Shown here piece after piece: positions 27,469 to 38,072 of a stretch of DNA of 64,000 bases (its first letter is position 1; each line of letters opens with the position of its first letter). Position numbers and translations under genes: made by a program. The DNA is taken from NCBI GenBank assembly GCA_001917135.1, contig MNTT01000015.1:7751-71750 (forward strand). Direction: 5' to 3'. The notes under the pieces were generated by a model, which saw only the letters and a program-made list of their open reading frames with translations, ran no database searches and was not told the DNA's origin. The DNA comes from Acetobacter sp. 46_36. Lineage in GTDB: Bacteria > Pseudomonadota > Alphaproteobacteria > RF32 > CAG-239.

Positions 27469-29238
27469 ATGAACGAAACAGAAGATTGCGACCTTTCTCT
27501 CGGCGGAAACGTCTGGAACGTCGCCCAAACCGATGAACATCGCACCGAGCAAATATGCCGGCGATTGGAAATTTCGTCATCAATGGCGAAACTCCTTATT
27601 CTGCGCGGAATTACGGAGGATAACGCGCCGCTTTTCCTCAATCCGAAATTATCGACTTCCATGCCTGACCCCAGCGTCTTAAAAGATATGGATAAAGCCG
27701 CCGCCCGAATTGCCGAAGCAATAATCAATCATCAAAAAATCGGCATTATTGGCGACTACGATGTTGACGGGGCAACTTCCACATCCGTCCTGCGCCTGTT
27801 TTTGACCTACCTGGGAATTGAAACCGCCGTCCATATCCCCGAAAGGGAAGAAGGCTACGGCCCGAGTACGCTGGCTTTTCAGGAGTTTGCAGATTTTGGC
27901 GCCGACCTTGTCATAACCGTCGACTGCGGTACTTCTGCTTTTGAAGTTCTTGACACCGCTGCCGAAAAATTCGAAATTATCGTTCTGGATCACCACGAAG
28001 CCGAAACCCGCTTACCGAAGGTCTATGCCGTTGTCAATCCCAAACGCCTGGATGAAAACAACAACCATCCCGATTTGGCCTATATGGCAGCCGTCGGCGT
28101 CGTCTTTATGACCGTAGTAGCCATAAACCGGATTTTGCGCCAAAAAGGATTTTACACCTCTGCCCTGCCCGAGCCTAACCTGATGCAGTGGCTGGATTTG
28201 GTGGCACTCGGCACCGTTTGCGATGTCGTCACGCTGTTGGGTATAAACCGCTCATTTGTAACACAGGGGCTCAAGATTATGTCTTCGCGCCAAAACCTCG
28301 GACTAAGAACACTTGCCGACGCCGCCAACATCAACGAAAAGCCGGACGCCTACCATCTGGGATTTGTGCTCGGTCCCCGTATCAATGCCGGCGGGCGTGT
28401 CGGCAAAGCAAGCATCGGCAGCCAGCTCCTCTGCTCCGTCAACCCGATGGAAGCCAAACAATTGGCCGACGAACTCAACGGTTTTAATCAGGAACGTAAA
28501 GACATTGAGGGTTTTGTTTTAGAGCAATCCATAGAAATGCTGGAAGGTACGCCGCAAAGCTGGCCTATGGCTTTTGTTTACAACAAAGGCTGGCACCAGG
28601 GCGTCATCGGCATCGTCGCCGGCAAACTAAAGGAACGTTACAATCTGCCCGCTTTTGTCATGAGCATTGAAGACGACGAAATCAAAGGCTCCGCCCGGTC
28701 AATTCCCGGCGTAGATTTGGGTGCGTTGATTATCGCCGCCAAAGAAAAAGGCGTCCTGACCAAAGGCGGCGGGCACACGATGGCTGCCGGCTTTTCCCTG
28801 ACCGAAGCGCAAATTCCCGCCTTTCGCACATTTGCCGGCGAATATATTGCCCGCAGCCTGAACAATACCCGGCCGCACCCCGTCATTAACATCGACCTGA
28901 GCCTTAGCCTCCCTGCCGCCAATGCCGGGTTATGCAGCGAGCTGGAACGGCTGAAGCCTTTCGGCACCGGCAACCCTGAACCTCTTCTCCTGCTGCGCGG
29001 CGTATATTTTCAACGCCCCTGCATCATCGGCGCCGGACATGTTAAATGCGAATTGGCAACCATATCCGGAGAAAAACTCCCTGCCATCGCTTTCCGTATT
29101 GCCGACAGCGAAATCGGCAAAGAAATATTAAGCCGCCGCCATGACTGCTATGACGTCGTCGGCAATCTGCGTTTTAACCGCTGGAACAACTCTGTTTCGC
29201 TCCAGTTTATCCTGACGGATATTAAAAAGTCAAAATGA
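27469..29238 (+). CDS. recJ: Single-stranded-DNA-specific exonuclease RecJ
   Basis: DHH motifs (IGIIGDYDVDGATS, VLDHHE), DHHA1 region (GGGHTMAAGFSL) and C-terminal OB domain. Start moved to the Met with SD AAGGA (27469); the six-frame ORF begins at 27415. Confidence 0.88.
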   Translation: MNETEDCDLSLGGNVWNVAQTDEHRTEQICRRLEISSSMAKLLILRGITEDNAPLFLNPKLSTSMPDPSVLKDMDKAAARIAEAIINHQKIGIIGDYDVDGATSTSVLRLFLTYLGIETAVHIPEREEGYGPSTLAFQEFADFGADLVITVDCGTSAFEVLDTAAEKFEIIVLDHHEAETRLPKVYAVVNPKRLDENNNHPDLAYMAAVGVVFMTVVAINRILRQKGFYTSALPEPNLMQWLDLVALGTVCDVVTLLGINRSFVTQGLKIMSSRQNLGLRTLADAANINEKPDAYHLGFVLGPRINAGGRVGKASIGSQLLCSVNPMEAKQLADELNGFNQERKDIEGFVLEQSIEMLEGTPQSWPMAFVYNKGWHQGVIGIVAGKLKERYNLPAFVMSIEDDEIKGSARSIPGVDLGALIIAAKEKGVLTKGGGHTMAAGFSLTEAQIPAFRTFAGEYIARSLNNTRPHPVINIDLSLSLPAANAGLCSELERLKPFGTGNPEPLLLLRGVYFQRPCIIGAGHVKCELATISGEKLPAIAFRIADSEIGKEILSRRHDCYDVVGNLRFNRWNNSVSLQFILTDIKKSK

Positions 29239-29245
29239 GGTCAAA

Positions 29246-29956
29246 ATGAAAAAAGCCCAAATCAGAAAACTGCGCCAAACCGTTAAAAACCGGCAGAAGA
29301 AACCCGGGTTTTTCGGCTATGTCATTTCCAAACTGAAAACCTACCTGTTTACGGGCATTCTGGTAACCATGCCCGTAACAATCACCTTTTACATGGCTTA
29401 CGAATTGTTCGTCTGGATGGACAAATGGACGCGCTCGCTGATTCCGCCGCAGGTTGCCGCCCACGAGTTTGTCCCTTATATTCCCGGCATAGGCGTTGTA
29501 ATGCTGATTGTTGTGCTCATTCTCATCGGTATGTTCACCACCGGTTTTATCGGCAGGTTTTTCGTCCGTCTCGGCGACTTCATCGTCTCTAAAATGCCGC
29601 TTATTTCCAGCATTTATTCGCTGTTGAAACAACTGTTTGAAACGGTATTTTCGCAAAAATCAAAATCCTTTAAGGAGGCCGTCCTTCTGGAATACCCGCG
29701 CAAAGGCATCTGGATTATCGGCTTTCTGGCCGGCGAAACGACCGGCGAGCTGGCACATAAGCTGCACAGCCGGAAAATGCTCAGCATTTTCGTCCCCACA
29801 ACGCCAAACCCGACTTCCGGTTTTCTCATAATCGTTCCGTCGGAAGATGTTATTAAATTAAAAATGAGCGTTGAAGACGCGCTTAAATACGTCGTTTCCT
29901 GCGGTATTGTCGTTCCTGAAGAAGAAAAAGAAAAACTGCCGCGCAAAAACGGTTAA
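29246..29956 (+). CDS. DUF502-family membrane protein
   Basis: 236 aa with two N-terminal TM helices and conserved PxVxxIYxLLKQ-type segments characteristic of DUF502. Confidence 0.65.
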   Translation: MKKAQIRKLRQTVKNRQKKPGFFGYVISKLKTYLFTGILVTMPVTITFYMAYELFVWMDKWTRSLIPPQVAAHEFVPYIPGIGVVMLIVVLILIGMFTTGFIGRFFVRLGDFIVSKMPLISSIYSLLKQLFETVFSQKSKSFKEAVLLEYPRKGIWIIGFLAGETTGELAHKLHSRKMLSIFVPTTPNPTSGFLIIVPSEDVIKLKMSVEDALKYVVSCGIVVPEEEKEKLPRKNG

Positions 29957-30139
29957 AATACGGCTCAAATTACACCATTCCCCGCAATCGCTCCGGCAAA
30001 AACGGTTGACAACCGTTTCCTGCGATTGACAAAGACGACGCCGGAGAGTTTAATTATAAGCGAAAACAACAGCCTTGTTGTTTTGTGTGGATTTAACCGA
30101 CTTGTCCGACACCTGATAGGACTAAAAAGGAGAACTGTT

Positions 30140-31174
30140 ATGAACAAAACCGCCGAATATGTGTCTCTCGGACACCCGGATAAAATTGCCGACTATATTT
30201 CAAGTGCACTGCTTGACGAATGTATAAAACAGGATTCCGGCATACGTTACGCCGTAGAAGTTATGGTAAAAAACAATCATATAATCTTGGGCGGCGAAAT
30301 ATCGGGCAACATTAAACTGCACAACCTGCCGGACTGCGTCAGGCAGGCTTTACGTGACATCGGCTATGATGAAGAATACAGCCAGATATGGCAACAAAAC
30401 GCAATTGATATCAACCGGATTGAAATCACCAACCTTATCAGCGCCCAATCCTGTGAGATAGGCAGAGGCGTGGAAGCCGATGGCTGGGGCGACCAGGGCG
30501 TTTTCGTCGGCTATGCCCAAAAAGGGGACGGGCTGATTAACCGCGAGCTTTATCTTGCCCGTAAGCTTAACTGCGCCCTGTATGAAAAAGCCCGGGTTTC
30601 CGACAATCTCGGACTGGACATCAAAACGCAGATAACTCTTAATACCGAGGGAAAAATCCTTACCGCCGTTACCGCCATTCCGATGCAAAAACCTGAAAGC
30701 CTGTCTGCATTCATCGCCGAAACGTTGGAACAAGTGCCTGAAAACCTTATTGTCAACGGAACCGGAGCCTATACCTGCCATTCGTCAATTGCCGACTGCG
30801 GCATAACCGGACGCAAACTTGCCTGTGATTTTTATTCGGCAGCCTGCCCGATAGGCGGCGGTTCGCCATGGACCAAAGACCCCAGCAAAGCGGACCTGAC
30901 CCTCAATCTGTATGCCCGCAAGCTGGCCATACAATATCTTGAAGACAATGACGAATGTTTTGTTTATCTGTCCTCCTGCATCGGTAAATCCCGTTTGCTA
31001 AGCGCTGTCGTCAAAACCCGGCGCAACGGCAATGAAAAAATTTTCGATATTTGCCCGGATTGCAGCCCGCAGATTCTGATTAATGAATTACGGCTCAGAC
31101 GTCCCATATACAAAAAGCTCTGCCGCCGCGGATTAATGTCTTATTTTGACGGCAACGGAAACCCCGCTTTTTAA
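30140..31174 (+). CDS. metK: S-adenosylmethionine synthetase, divergent and short (344 aa)
   Basis: GHPDKIAD, IGYDEE, GDQG and DCGITGRK...GGGSPWTKDPSKAD align to the MetK consensus, but several usually invariant blocks are altered. Strong SD AAAAGGAGAA before the ATG at 30140. The upstream 38 codons of the six-frame ORF were rejected. Confidence 0.8.
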   Translation: MNKTAEYVSLGHPDKIADYISSALLDECIKQDSGIRYAVEVMVKNNHIILGGEISGNIKLHNLPDCVRQALRDIGYDEEYSQIWQQNAIDINRIEITNLISAQSCEIGRGVEADGWGDQGVFVGYAQKGDGLINRELYLARKLNCALYEKARVSDNLGLDIKTQITLNTEGKILTAVTAIPMQKPESLSAFIAETLEQVPENLIVNGTGAYTCHSSIADCGITGRKLACDFYSAACPIGGGSPWTKDPSKADLTLNLYARKLAIQYLEDNDECFVYLSSCIGKSRLLSAVVKTRRNGNEKIFDICPDCSPQILINELRLRRPIYKKLCRRGLMSYFDGNGNPAF

Positions 31175-31182
31175 CCATATAC

Positions 31183-31222
31183 AAAAAAGGAGCTGCACAA
31201 GGCAGCTCCTTTCTTTTTTAAC
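31183..31222. terminator. Bidirectional intrinsic terminator between metK (+) and the flotillin gene (-)
   Basis: aaggagctgc-acaag-gcagctcctt with an A-run 5' and TTCTTTTTT 3'. Confidence 0.6.
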
Positions 31223-31229
31223 CAAGTTA

Positions 31230-32783
31230 CTACTTCTTTTTCCCTTTGTTGTCAGCTTCGGGCTTTTGAACACCGGCATTGGAAGATGCACCGGTAATCG
31301 GCTTATCTGCTGCATCATTTCCGGCATTGCAGATTTTGCCAAGAAGCTGCTGTCCAAGTTCGGTTCCGGCAAAGGCTTCAAGCATAGAGTTCATTGCTTG
31401 TCCTCCTTTGGCGGAAAACAGCTGCATAACGGAACTTACGCCCTCTTGCACATTGCTTCCCGCATTGGCAATAATCTTAATGTCAGCGTTTCCGAGATTC
31501 TTTGCCTGTTCGATTCCGACAGCCTGTAACGCATCGACTTTCTTAATTTCAATAAGATAAGTCTGATACCCTTGATTGTTTCCAATCTCGTGAGCCAGCG
31601 TAATCTGCGGTGCAACTTCTGCCTGTCCGAGCTTTTCTTTTGCCAAAGCTTCTGCAGCACCTTTGGCTTCAATACCCAAAGCCTCGTTTTTAGCTTTGAC
31701 CAAATCCGCCTCGGCATCTTTCGTCTTTTGGATAAAGGCAGCACCGGCATCATGTTCGGCAACAAGCTTGTTTTGCTCAGCAACCAACACATCGGCTTCA
31801 GCTTCAATCCGCTGTTTTTCCTTGCCGGCTTCAGCGTCAATGACAACTTTCTTTTTATCAATTTCCGCCTGACGGGTAGTCCCGACTTCAACAACAAGCA
31901 TTTCTTTTTCTTTGGTCAGCCTTTCCTGATCTTTCACTTCCTGTTTGGATTTTTCGTCCGCAATGCCGACCGCTTGTTCGCGTTCAGCCCTGCGCTTGCC
32001 AACCTTTTCCTCTTTCTCTTCCTTTTTCAGGGCAATTTCCTGTTCGGATAAGATTTCGGCTTCTTCCGCCTCTTGTCTGTTTTTAGCCACTTCTTTGCGC
32101 GATTCCATGTCGATAAAAGATTTTTTCTTTTCCATGATATTGGAAATAACCTTCTCTCCCATCTTGTCACGCACATCCATCAGCTCAATGCTCTTGACCG
32201 GCACGATACCCCATTCCTTAAGGTTGTCATTTACTTCTTTGGTAAATTCCTCCCCGTAAACGGAACGCTGGGTCATAATCTTTTCCAGCGTATCATTCGC
32301 CAAAATAGAACGCACGGCACTCTGTACAATACTCGTCAGATGTTCCTGCAAGGTGTCATTGTCTGAAATACGCGAAGCCGCCTGACGATAATCGGCGATG
32401 CGGAAAAACGCTGTAACATCTACTACAAACGGCAGTTTGTCTTTATCATACGCTTCATACCCGTCCAAATCTACCGAAAAGTTATGCAGCGGCAAAATCT
32501 GTACCTCTACACCCCAAACCGGGACCCATGACGGAATTTGATAATAGACATTTCCGGCCGTCTCGTCTGCCCGGGAAATTCCTCCGCCGGCATTGTTTCC
32601 AGCACCAGAATCTATCGGCTTGATACTGCCGTAGATTTCCGTTACCTTGCTGCGCCGGACGACATGAACTTCCGAAGGTTTGACAACTCTTCTCAGAGAC
32701 AAAATCCATCTCACTAAAAGAACCAACACTACAACCACGATGGCAACGCCAATCCATGGAAGATAATTCATAACTTGTTCCAT
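31230..32783 (-). CDS. Flotillin-like SPFH/Band-7 domain protein with long Glu/Ala/Lys-rich coiled-coil
   Basis: 517 aa. N-terminal TM, an SPFH core (HVVRRSKVTEIYGS...GYEAYDKDKLPFVVDVTAFFRI) and the extended EA-repeat helical region typical of flotillins. Confidence 0.8.
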   Translation of the reverse strand: MEQVMNYLPWIGVAIVVVVLVLLVRWILSLRRVVKPSEVHVVRRSKVTEIYGSIKPIDSGAGNNAGGGISRADETAGNVYYQIPSWVPVWGVEVQILPLHNFSVDLDGYEAYDKDKLPFVVDVTAFFRIADYRQAASRISDNDTLQEHLTSIVQSAVRSILANDTLEKIMTQRSVYGEEFTKEVNDNLKEWGIVPVKSIELMDVRDKMGEKVISNIMEKKKSFIDMESRKEVAKNRQEAEEAEILSEQEIALKKEEKEEKVGKRRAEREQAVGIADEKSKQEVKDQERLTKEKEMLVVEVGTTRQAEIDKKKVVIDAEAGKEKQRIEAEADVLVAEQNKLVAEHDAGAAFIQKTKDAEADLVKAKNEALGIEAKGAAEALAKEKLGQAEVAPQITLAHEIGNNQGYQTYLIEIKKVDALQAVGIEQAKNLGNADIKIIANAGSNVQEGVSSVMQLFSAKGGQAMNSMLEAFAGTELGQQLLGKICNAGNDAADKPITGASSNAGVQKPEADNKGKKK

Positions 32784-33065
32784 AAAACCTAAAAATTTAA
32801 AGTAAATAAAAATAAAATTATCATTGTCCTATTACATGACTTTTTTATTTTTGTCAATAGGTTTGTCAAAAAATAAAATCTCTCGTTTTTTCGGAATTTT
32901 CCCCGAAACGGTTTCATTTTTTCCAACTGTTTTGCGGCAGCGGCCAAGTTTCTTAAAATTTTTAAAAAAATTGTATTTTTTCACCGCCCGTCTATTGCTT
33001 CCGTCAAAACGCCTCCCTATATAAGGTAACAGAAAGATTTCATAACGTAAAAAAGGATTTGAGAT

Positions 33066-34991
33066 ATGAGCAATAAAGTATTGGGTATTGACTTGGGTAC
33101 GACAAACTCCTGTTTTGCCATCATGGAAGGCGGGGAACCGAAAGTACTTGAGAATTCCGAAGGCGCAAGAACAACTCCGTCTATGGTTGCGTTTACGGAT
33201 ACGGAAACGCTGGTAGGCTATCCGGCAAAGCGTCAGGCCGTTACCAACCCGGAAAATACGCTGTTTGCAATTAAGCGTTTGATTGGACGTCGTTTTGACT
33301 CGCCTGAAGTCGCCAAAGACAAAGAACTGGTTCCGTTCAAAATTATTGCCGGTGACAATGGCGATGCGTGGGTAGAAGCTAAGGGCAAAAAATATGCCCC
33401 GTCGCAAATTTCGGCAATCGTCTTGCAGAAAATCAAAGAATATGCCGAAAGCTATCTCGGCGAAAAAATTGAAAAAGCCGTCATTACCGTTCCTGCATAT
33501 TTTAACGACTCACAGCGTCAGGCAACCAAAGACGCCGGCAAGATTGCAGGCCTTGACGTCCTGCGTATCATCAACGAACCTACTGCGGCAGCGCTTGCCT
33601 ATGGTATGGACAAGAAAGCGTCCGGCACCATTGCGGTTTATGACCTGGGCGGCGGTACGTTCGATATTTCCATTTTGGAAATCGGCGACGGCGTTTTCGA
33701 AGTAAAGTCAACAAACGGCGATACTTTCCTCGGCGGTGAAGATTTTGACCAGCGTCTGGTAAATTATCTGGCCGACGAATTCAAAAAAGAAAACAACATT
33801 GACCTGAAGGCTGACCGGCTGGCTCTGCAACGTCTGAAAGAAGCTGCTGAAAAAGCCAAAATTGAATTGTCTTCAACAACGCAGACCGAAATCAACCTGC
33901 CGTTCATTACTGCTGATATGAGCACCGGCACCCCGATTCCGAAGCACCTGAATATGAAATTAACCCGTGCAAAACTGGAATCCATTGTTGACGACCTGAT
34001 TGAAAAGACCGTTGAACCCTGCAAAAAGGCTATGGCTGACGCCGGAGTCAAACCGTCCGACATTAGCGAAGTCATTCTGGTCGGCGGTATGACCCGTATG
34101 CCGAAAGTACAGGAAAAAGTAAAGGAAATCTTTGGCAAAGAACCGCACAAAGGCGTTAACCCGGACGAAGTTGTTGCCGTCGGTGCCGCTATTCAGGGCG
34201 GCGTTTTGATGGGCGATGTCAAAGACGTTCTGTTGCTCGACGTTACCCCGCTGTCGCTGGGTATTGAAACGCTGGGCGGCGTCTTCACCCGCTTGATTGA
34301 CCGCAATACGACAATCCCGACCCGCAAGTCGCAGGTATTCTCCACCGCCGAAGACGGACAGACAGCCGTAACTATTCGCGTCTTCCAGGGCGAACGCGAA
34401 ATGGCTGCCGACAACAAACTGCTGGGTCAGTTCGACTTAGTCGGCATTCCGCCGGCACCGCGCGGCATGCCGCAGATTGAGGTTACTTTTGATATTGACG
34501 CCAACGGCATCGTTAACGTTTCCGCCAAAGATAAAGCGACCAACAAAGAACAGGCTATCCGTATTCAGGCCTCCGGCGGTTTGTCTGATGCCGATATTGA
34601 AAAAATGGTCAAAGACGCCGAAGCGAATGCCGAAGCCGACAAGAAGAAAAAAGAGTTGATTGAAGCCAAGAATCAGGCCGAAAGCCTCATCCACACAACG
34701 GAAAAGACTTTGAAGGAAAACGCTGATAAAGTTTCCTCCGCTGACAAAGAGGCTATCGAATCTGCAATTACGGCCCTAAAAGGCGTAATTGAAGGCGATG
34801 ACGCAGCGACAATCAAAGAAAAATCAGACGCTCTCATGCAGGCTTCCCTGAAACTGGGCGAAGCTATGTACAAAGCTCAGGGTGCAGCTGCCGGTGCCGG
34901 TAATGCACAGGGAGCTGAACAGGGCGCGCCTGAAGCCGAACCTAAAAAAGACGACAACGTTGTTGACGCCGATTTTGAAGAAGTTAAATAA
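33066..34991 (+). CDS. dnaK: Molecular chaperone DnaK (Hsp70)
   Basis: 641 aa, alphaproteobacterial-type N-terminus ([37 protein letters not shown]). SD before the ATG. Confidence 0.97.
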   Translation: MSNKVLGIDLGTTNSCFAIMEGGEPKVLENSEGARTTPSMVAFTDTETLVGYPAKRQAVTNPENTLFAIKRLIGRRFDSPEVAKDKELVPFKIIAGDNGDAWVEAKGKKYAPSQISAIVLQKIKEYAESYLGEKIEKAVITVPAYFNDSQRQATKDAGKIAGLDVLRIINEPTAAALAYGMDKKASGTIAVYDLGGGTFDISILEIGDGVFEVKSTNGDTFLGGEDFDQRLVNYLADEFKKENNIDLKADRLALQRLKEAAEKAKIELSSTTQTEINLPFITADMSTGTPIPKHLNMKLTRAKLESIVDDLIEKTVEPCKKAMADAGVKPSDISEVILVGGMTRMPKVQEKVKEIFGKEPHKGVNPDEVVAVGAAIQGGVLMGDVKDVLLLDVTPLSLGIETLGGVFTRLIDRNTTIPTRKSQVFSTAEDGQTAVTIRVFQGEREMAADNKLLGQFDLVGIPPAPRGMPQIEVTFDIDANGIVNVSAKDKATNKEQAIRIQASGGLSDADIEKMVKDAEANAEADKKKKELIEAKNQAESLIHTTEKTLKENADKVSSADKEAIESAITALKGVIEGDDAATIKEKSDALMQASLKLGEAMYKAQGAAAGAGNAQGAEQGAPEAEPKKDDNVVDADFEEVK

Positions 34992-35006
34992 ACAAACTTC
35001 AACCTC

Positions 35007-35041
35007 AAAAGCCGCAGGCACAAAACCTGCGGCTTTTTTAT
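35007..35041 (+). terminator. Rho-independent terminator after dnaK
   Basis: aaagccgcagg-cacaaaa-cctgcggcttt followed by TTTTTTA. Confidence 0.65.
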
Positions 35042-35108
35042 TCCCTTTACTTCGCTGTCTTGATAACGGCTTCATCACCGTTGTACGGCCTCCGGCCGCA
35101 TAGCACCT

Positions 35109-35393
35109 CTACTCGCCCTGGTTCAGTCGTGCAAACTCCTGTTTCTGTTCATCCGTCAGCATATTCCAGAATTCGCCGAAATACTTTTTTTCAATCTCAA
35201 TAATCCGTTGTCTGCCGCTCTCAACCTCTTCCCAAATCGGCTGTACTTCAGCTTTAAGGTTCTCCTTCATCTCTCGCAGTTTCTGATTTTGTCCGGGAGT
35301 CAATCGCAACGCTTCCGCACTGATTTCCGCCGCCCCGGCGTTAAAACTCAGTCCCAGGCAGACAATCGCCGCCAAAACAGGTATTTTTATCAC
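35109..35393 (-). CDS. Spy/CpxP-like periplasmic protein (LTxxQ motifs)
   Basis: 94 aa. Signal peptide, then LTPGQNQKLREM and LTDEQKQEFARL (two LTxxQ motifs) in a helical, charged protein. Confidence 0.6.
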   Translation of the reverse strand: MIKIPVLAAIVCLGLSFNAGAAEISAEALRLTPGQNQKLREMKENLKAEVQPIWEEVESGRQRIIEIEKKYFGEFWNMLTDEQKQEFARLNQGE

Positions 35394-35538
35394 TTCATAT
35401 CTCCTTGAACATCAAAACTAAACGCTTATATTTGAAAAAAGTTCGCATCTAAAAATACTTAAATAAAGTCTGTCTAACATAGCTCACATAATAGGAAACA
35501 ACACGGTAAAGTTCATCTAACAAGGATATATTAACGCC

Positions 35539-36495
35539 ATGCAAAAAAACTTCAACGGATATTTATTCGCCCTGTTTGCAATTTTCTTCTGGAGTTTCAA
35601 CGTCATCTATTCCAAATATTTATCCGGCAAGCTCACTCCGTTTGAAATTTCGTTTATCCGCTGGCTGATACCCAGTCTGCTTTTTCTTCCCTTTATCGGC
35701 AAAACTGTTTGGACATACCGCCGGAAATACCTTAAAGTCTGGCCCCTCATACTGGCTATGTCATTCACCGGTTTGGGTTTTCAAAACACTTTTGTATATT
35801 ATGCCGGACACACGTCCAATGCGGTCGATATGGCATTAATCGGCGCCTCAAGCCCGGTATTTCTGCTTATTTTCTCAGCCCTTCTCTTGCACAAGAGAAT
35901 TACCTTTTTCCAGATTATCGGCATAATATGCGCATTAGCCGGCGTTGCCGCCGTCATCCTTGATGGTAGCTTTACCGATTTAAGCAGAATAACCCTCACC
36001 ACCGGCGATTTCTGGATGCTCTGCGCCGCCGTATCTTTTGCCGTCTACGCCATAGTTCAGAAAAAGATTCCGCCGGAGTTGCCGCCTATCGCCACGTTTA
36101 CTCTGGCAATCTGTATTTCTACCATACTGTTCCTGCCGCTCGCAGCTTTTGATTTCACTAACGTTCCTCTCTCCCCTCTGACCAAAACAGACATTATGAT
36201 TTTAATTGTTCTTGCCGTATTCAACTCCGGTATCGCCTACCTCTCCTGGAACAAAGCCCTCCGTCTTATCGGAACGGTCAAAACCGGAACTCTGTATTAT
36301 CTGATGCCGGTATTTTCCACCATTGAAGCTTACGTTCTGTTAAATGAACAAATATATTCAAGCCAGATTTACGGAGCCGTTTTGGTTATCGCCGGAATTG
36401 TCATCAGCAACATTTCCCCTTCTTCCCGCGTAAATGCCGTCGCGCAGTCCGCTCCGTTTCAGTCCGCCCTCCCCCAAAAAACACCGCGGTCATAA
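35539..36495 (+). CDS. EamA/DMT-superfamily transporter
   Basis: 318 aa, 10 TM, two EamA-like halves. Confidence 0.8.
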   Translation: MQKNFNGYLFALFAIFFWSFNVIYSKYLSGKLTPFEISFIRWLIPSLLFLPFIGKTVWTYRRKYLKVWPLILAMSFTGLGFQNTFVYYAGHTSNAVDMALIGASSPVFLLIFSALLLHKRITFFQIIGIICALAGVAAVILDGSFTDLSRITLTTGDFWMLCAAVSFAVYAIVQKKIPPELPPIATFTLAICISTILFLPLAAFDFTNVPLSPLTKTDIMILIVLAVFNSGIAYLSWNKALRLIGTVKTGTLYYLMPVFSTIEAYVLLNEQIYSSQIYGAVLVIAGIVISNISPSSRVNAVAQSAPFQSALPQKTPRS

Positions 36496-36596
36496 CATTT
36501 TCAAATGCGGACGATTATAAACACCGCTATTTTAACGCTTGCAAATCTCCCACAATCTTTTAACATAGACCTGCTGAACATTTAGGGAGATTTATA

Positions 36597-37901
36597 ATGA
36601 AAATAACAGTTATCGGCACCGGATATGTCGGCCTCCCGACCGGTGTAGGCTTAGCCGAATTGGGCAACGAAGTCGTCTGCCTTGATATTGACGAAAAAAA
36701 AATCAATACGTTAAAATCCGGAAAAGTAACCATTTTTGAAGAAGGGCTGGAAGAACTTTTCCAAAAAAACACCGCCAACGGAAAAGTTCGGTTTTCTACG
36801 TCCTTTGCCGAAAGCATTCCCGCTGCGGATTTGGTTATTCTCGCCGTCGGCACCCCGCCAAACCCGATAACCAAAGAAGCGGACATGAAATATATCAAAG
36901 CCGCCGCCGAAGAACTCGCGCACCACCTTCAGGGATATACGGTAATCGCAGTTAAGTCCACCGTCCCCGTCAATACCGGCGACGCTGTAGAAAGTATTAT
37001 TCGCCGCGAAAACCCGACAGCCGAATTTGATGTAATTTCCCTGCCGGAATTTCTGCGTGAAGGCTTCGCCGTACACGACTTCTTCCATCCGGACCGGATT
37101 ATCGTCGGCGCGAATTCCGAACGAGCCAAGAATCTCATCGCCGAACTTTATGCCCCGTTTAAAGACAAATGCACTATTCTCTATGTGTCGCGCCAGTCTT
37201 CCGAAACGATAAAATACGCTTCAAACGCCTTTCTCGCCATGAAAATCCAATATATTAACGAGATGGCCGACTTTTGCGAAACATCGGGCGCAGACATTTA
37301 TGAAGTCGCCCAGGGCATGGGACTGGACAGCCGTATCGGTGCCAAATTCCTCGTTCCCGGCCCCGGTTACGGCGGTTTCTGCTTCCCGAAGGATACGAAC
37401 GCCATGGCTTATATGGGTAAATTCAACGGCGTTGACCTGTCGCTGATTGAAACCACCATAAAAAGCAACGAACGCCGTAAAATCAATATGGCCAAACGCA
37501 TACTTGATATGGTCTCGGACAAGAAAAATCCGACAATAGCCGTCCTCGGCAGCGCTTTTAAGGGCGGAACCGACGACTGCCGGGAATCTCCCGCCTTGCA
37601 GATTATTGAAATTATGCTTGCGCACGATGTCAGCATCAGGCTCTACGATCCTGAAGCTATGCCAAACACCAAAGCAATCCTAGGCAATATAGTAACCTAC
37701 TGCAATTCGGCTTATGAAGCTATCGGCGGCGCCGACGCGCTTGCCGTTCTGACCGACTGGCAGGAATTTAAAGAGCTGGATTTGGAAAAGATTAAAATGC
37801 TGCTGACCCGTCCGCAAATTGCCGACTATCGCAACGTCTTTGACTGCCGGCTGGCCAAAGAACTCGGATTTGAAATAAAAAGTCTTGGCCGCAGACTGTA
37901 A
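36597..37901 (+). CDS. ugd: UDP-glucose 6-dehydrogenase (UDP-glucose/GDP-mannose dehydrogenase family)
   Basis: 434 aa. N-terminal Rossmann MKITVIGTGYVGLPTGVGLA, catalytic Cys in GGFCFPKD and the C-terminal UDP-binding domain. SD AGGGAGA before the ATG. Confidence 0.85.
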   Translation: MKITVIGTGYVGLPTGVGLAELGNEVVCLDIDEKKINTLKSGKVTIFEEGLEELFQKNTANGKVRFSTSFAESIPAADLVILAVGTPPNPITKEADMKYIKAAAEELAHHLQGYTVIAVKSTVPVNTGDAVESIIRRENPTAEFDVISLPEFLREGFAVHDFFHPDRIIVGANSERAKNLIAELYAPFKDKCTILYVSRQSSETIKYASNAFLAMKIQYINEMADFCETSGADIYEVAQGMGLDSRIGAKFLVPGPGYGGFCFPKDTNAMAYMGKFNGVDLSLIETTIKSNERRKINMAKRILDMVSDKKNPTIAVLGSAFKGGTDDCRESPALQIIEIMLAHDVSIRLYDPEAMPNTKAILGNIVTYCNSAYEAIGGADALAVLTDWQEFKELDLEKIKMLLTRPQIADYRNVFDCRLAKELGFEIKSLGRRL

Positions 37902-37921
37902 TTTTAAATCCCCGCAATCAG

Positions 37922-37951
37922 CAAAAAGGCACCTAAAAGGTGCCTTTTCTG
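37922..37951. terminator. Hairpin terminator after ugd
   Basis: aaggcacc-taaaa-ggtgcctt followed by TTCT. Confidence 0.5.
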
Positions 37952-38072
37952 ATATTCAAAAGCAAATATGCCGCCATTTCCCTCCAAGCGTATCTCTTAA
38001 CCTTCAGCTTTTCTCTCACATTTTCAGAGATATTTCATAACATCGAACCTGTAACGAAATTCACCATAAAAA

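Noticed and set aside
31436-32051. K/R-rich and F/L-rich ORFs in alternative frames of the flotillin gene
   Set aside because: Frame-shifted or antisense translations of the Glu/Ala/Lys-rich coiled-coil coding region; the SPFH-domain frame is clearly the real one.
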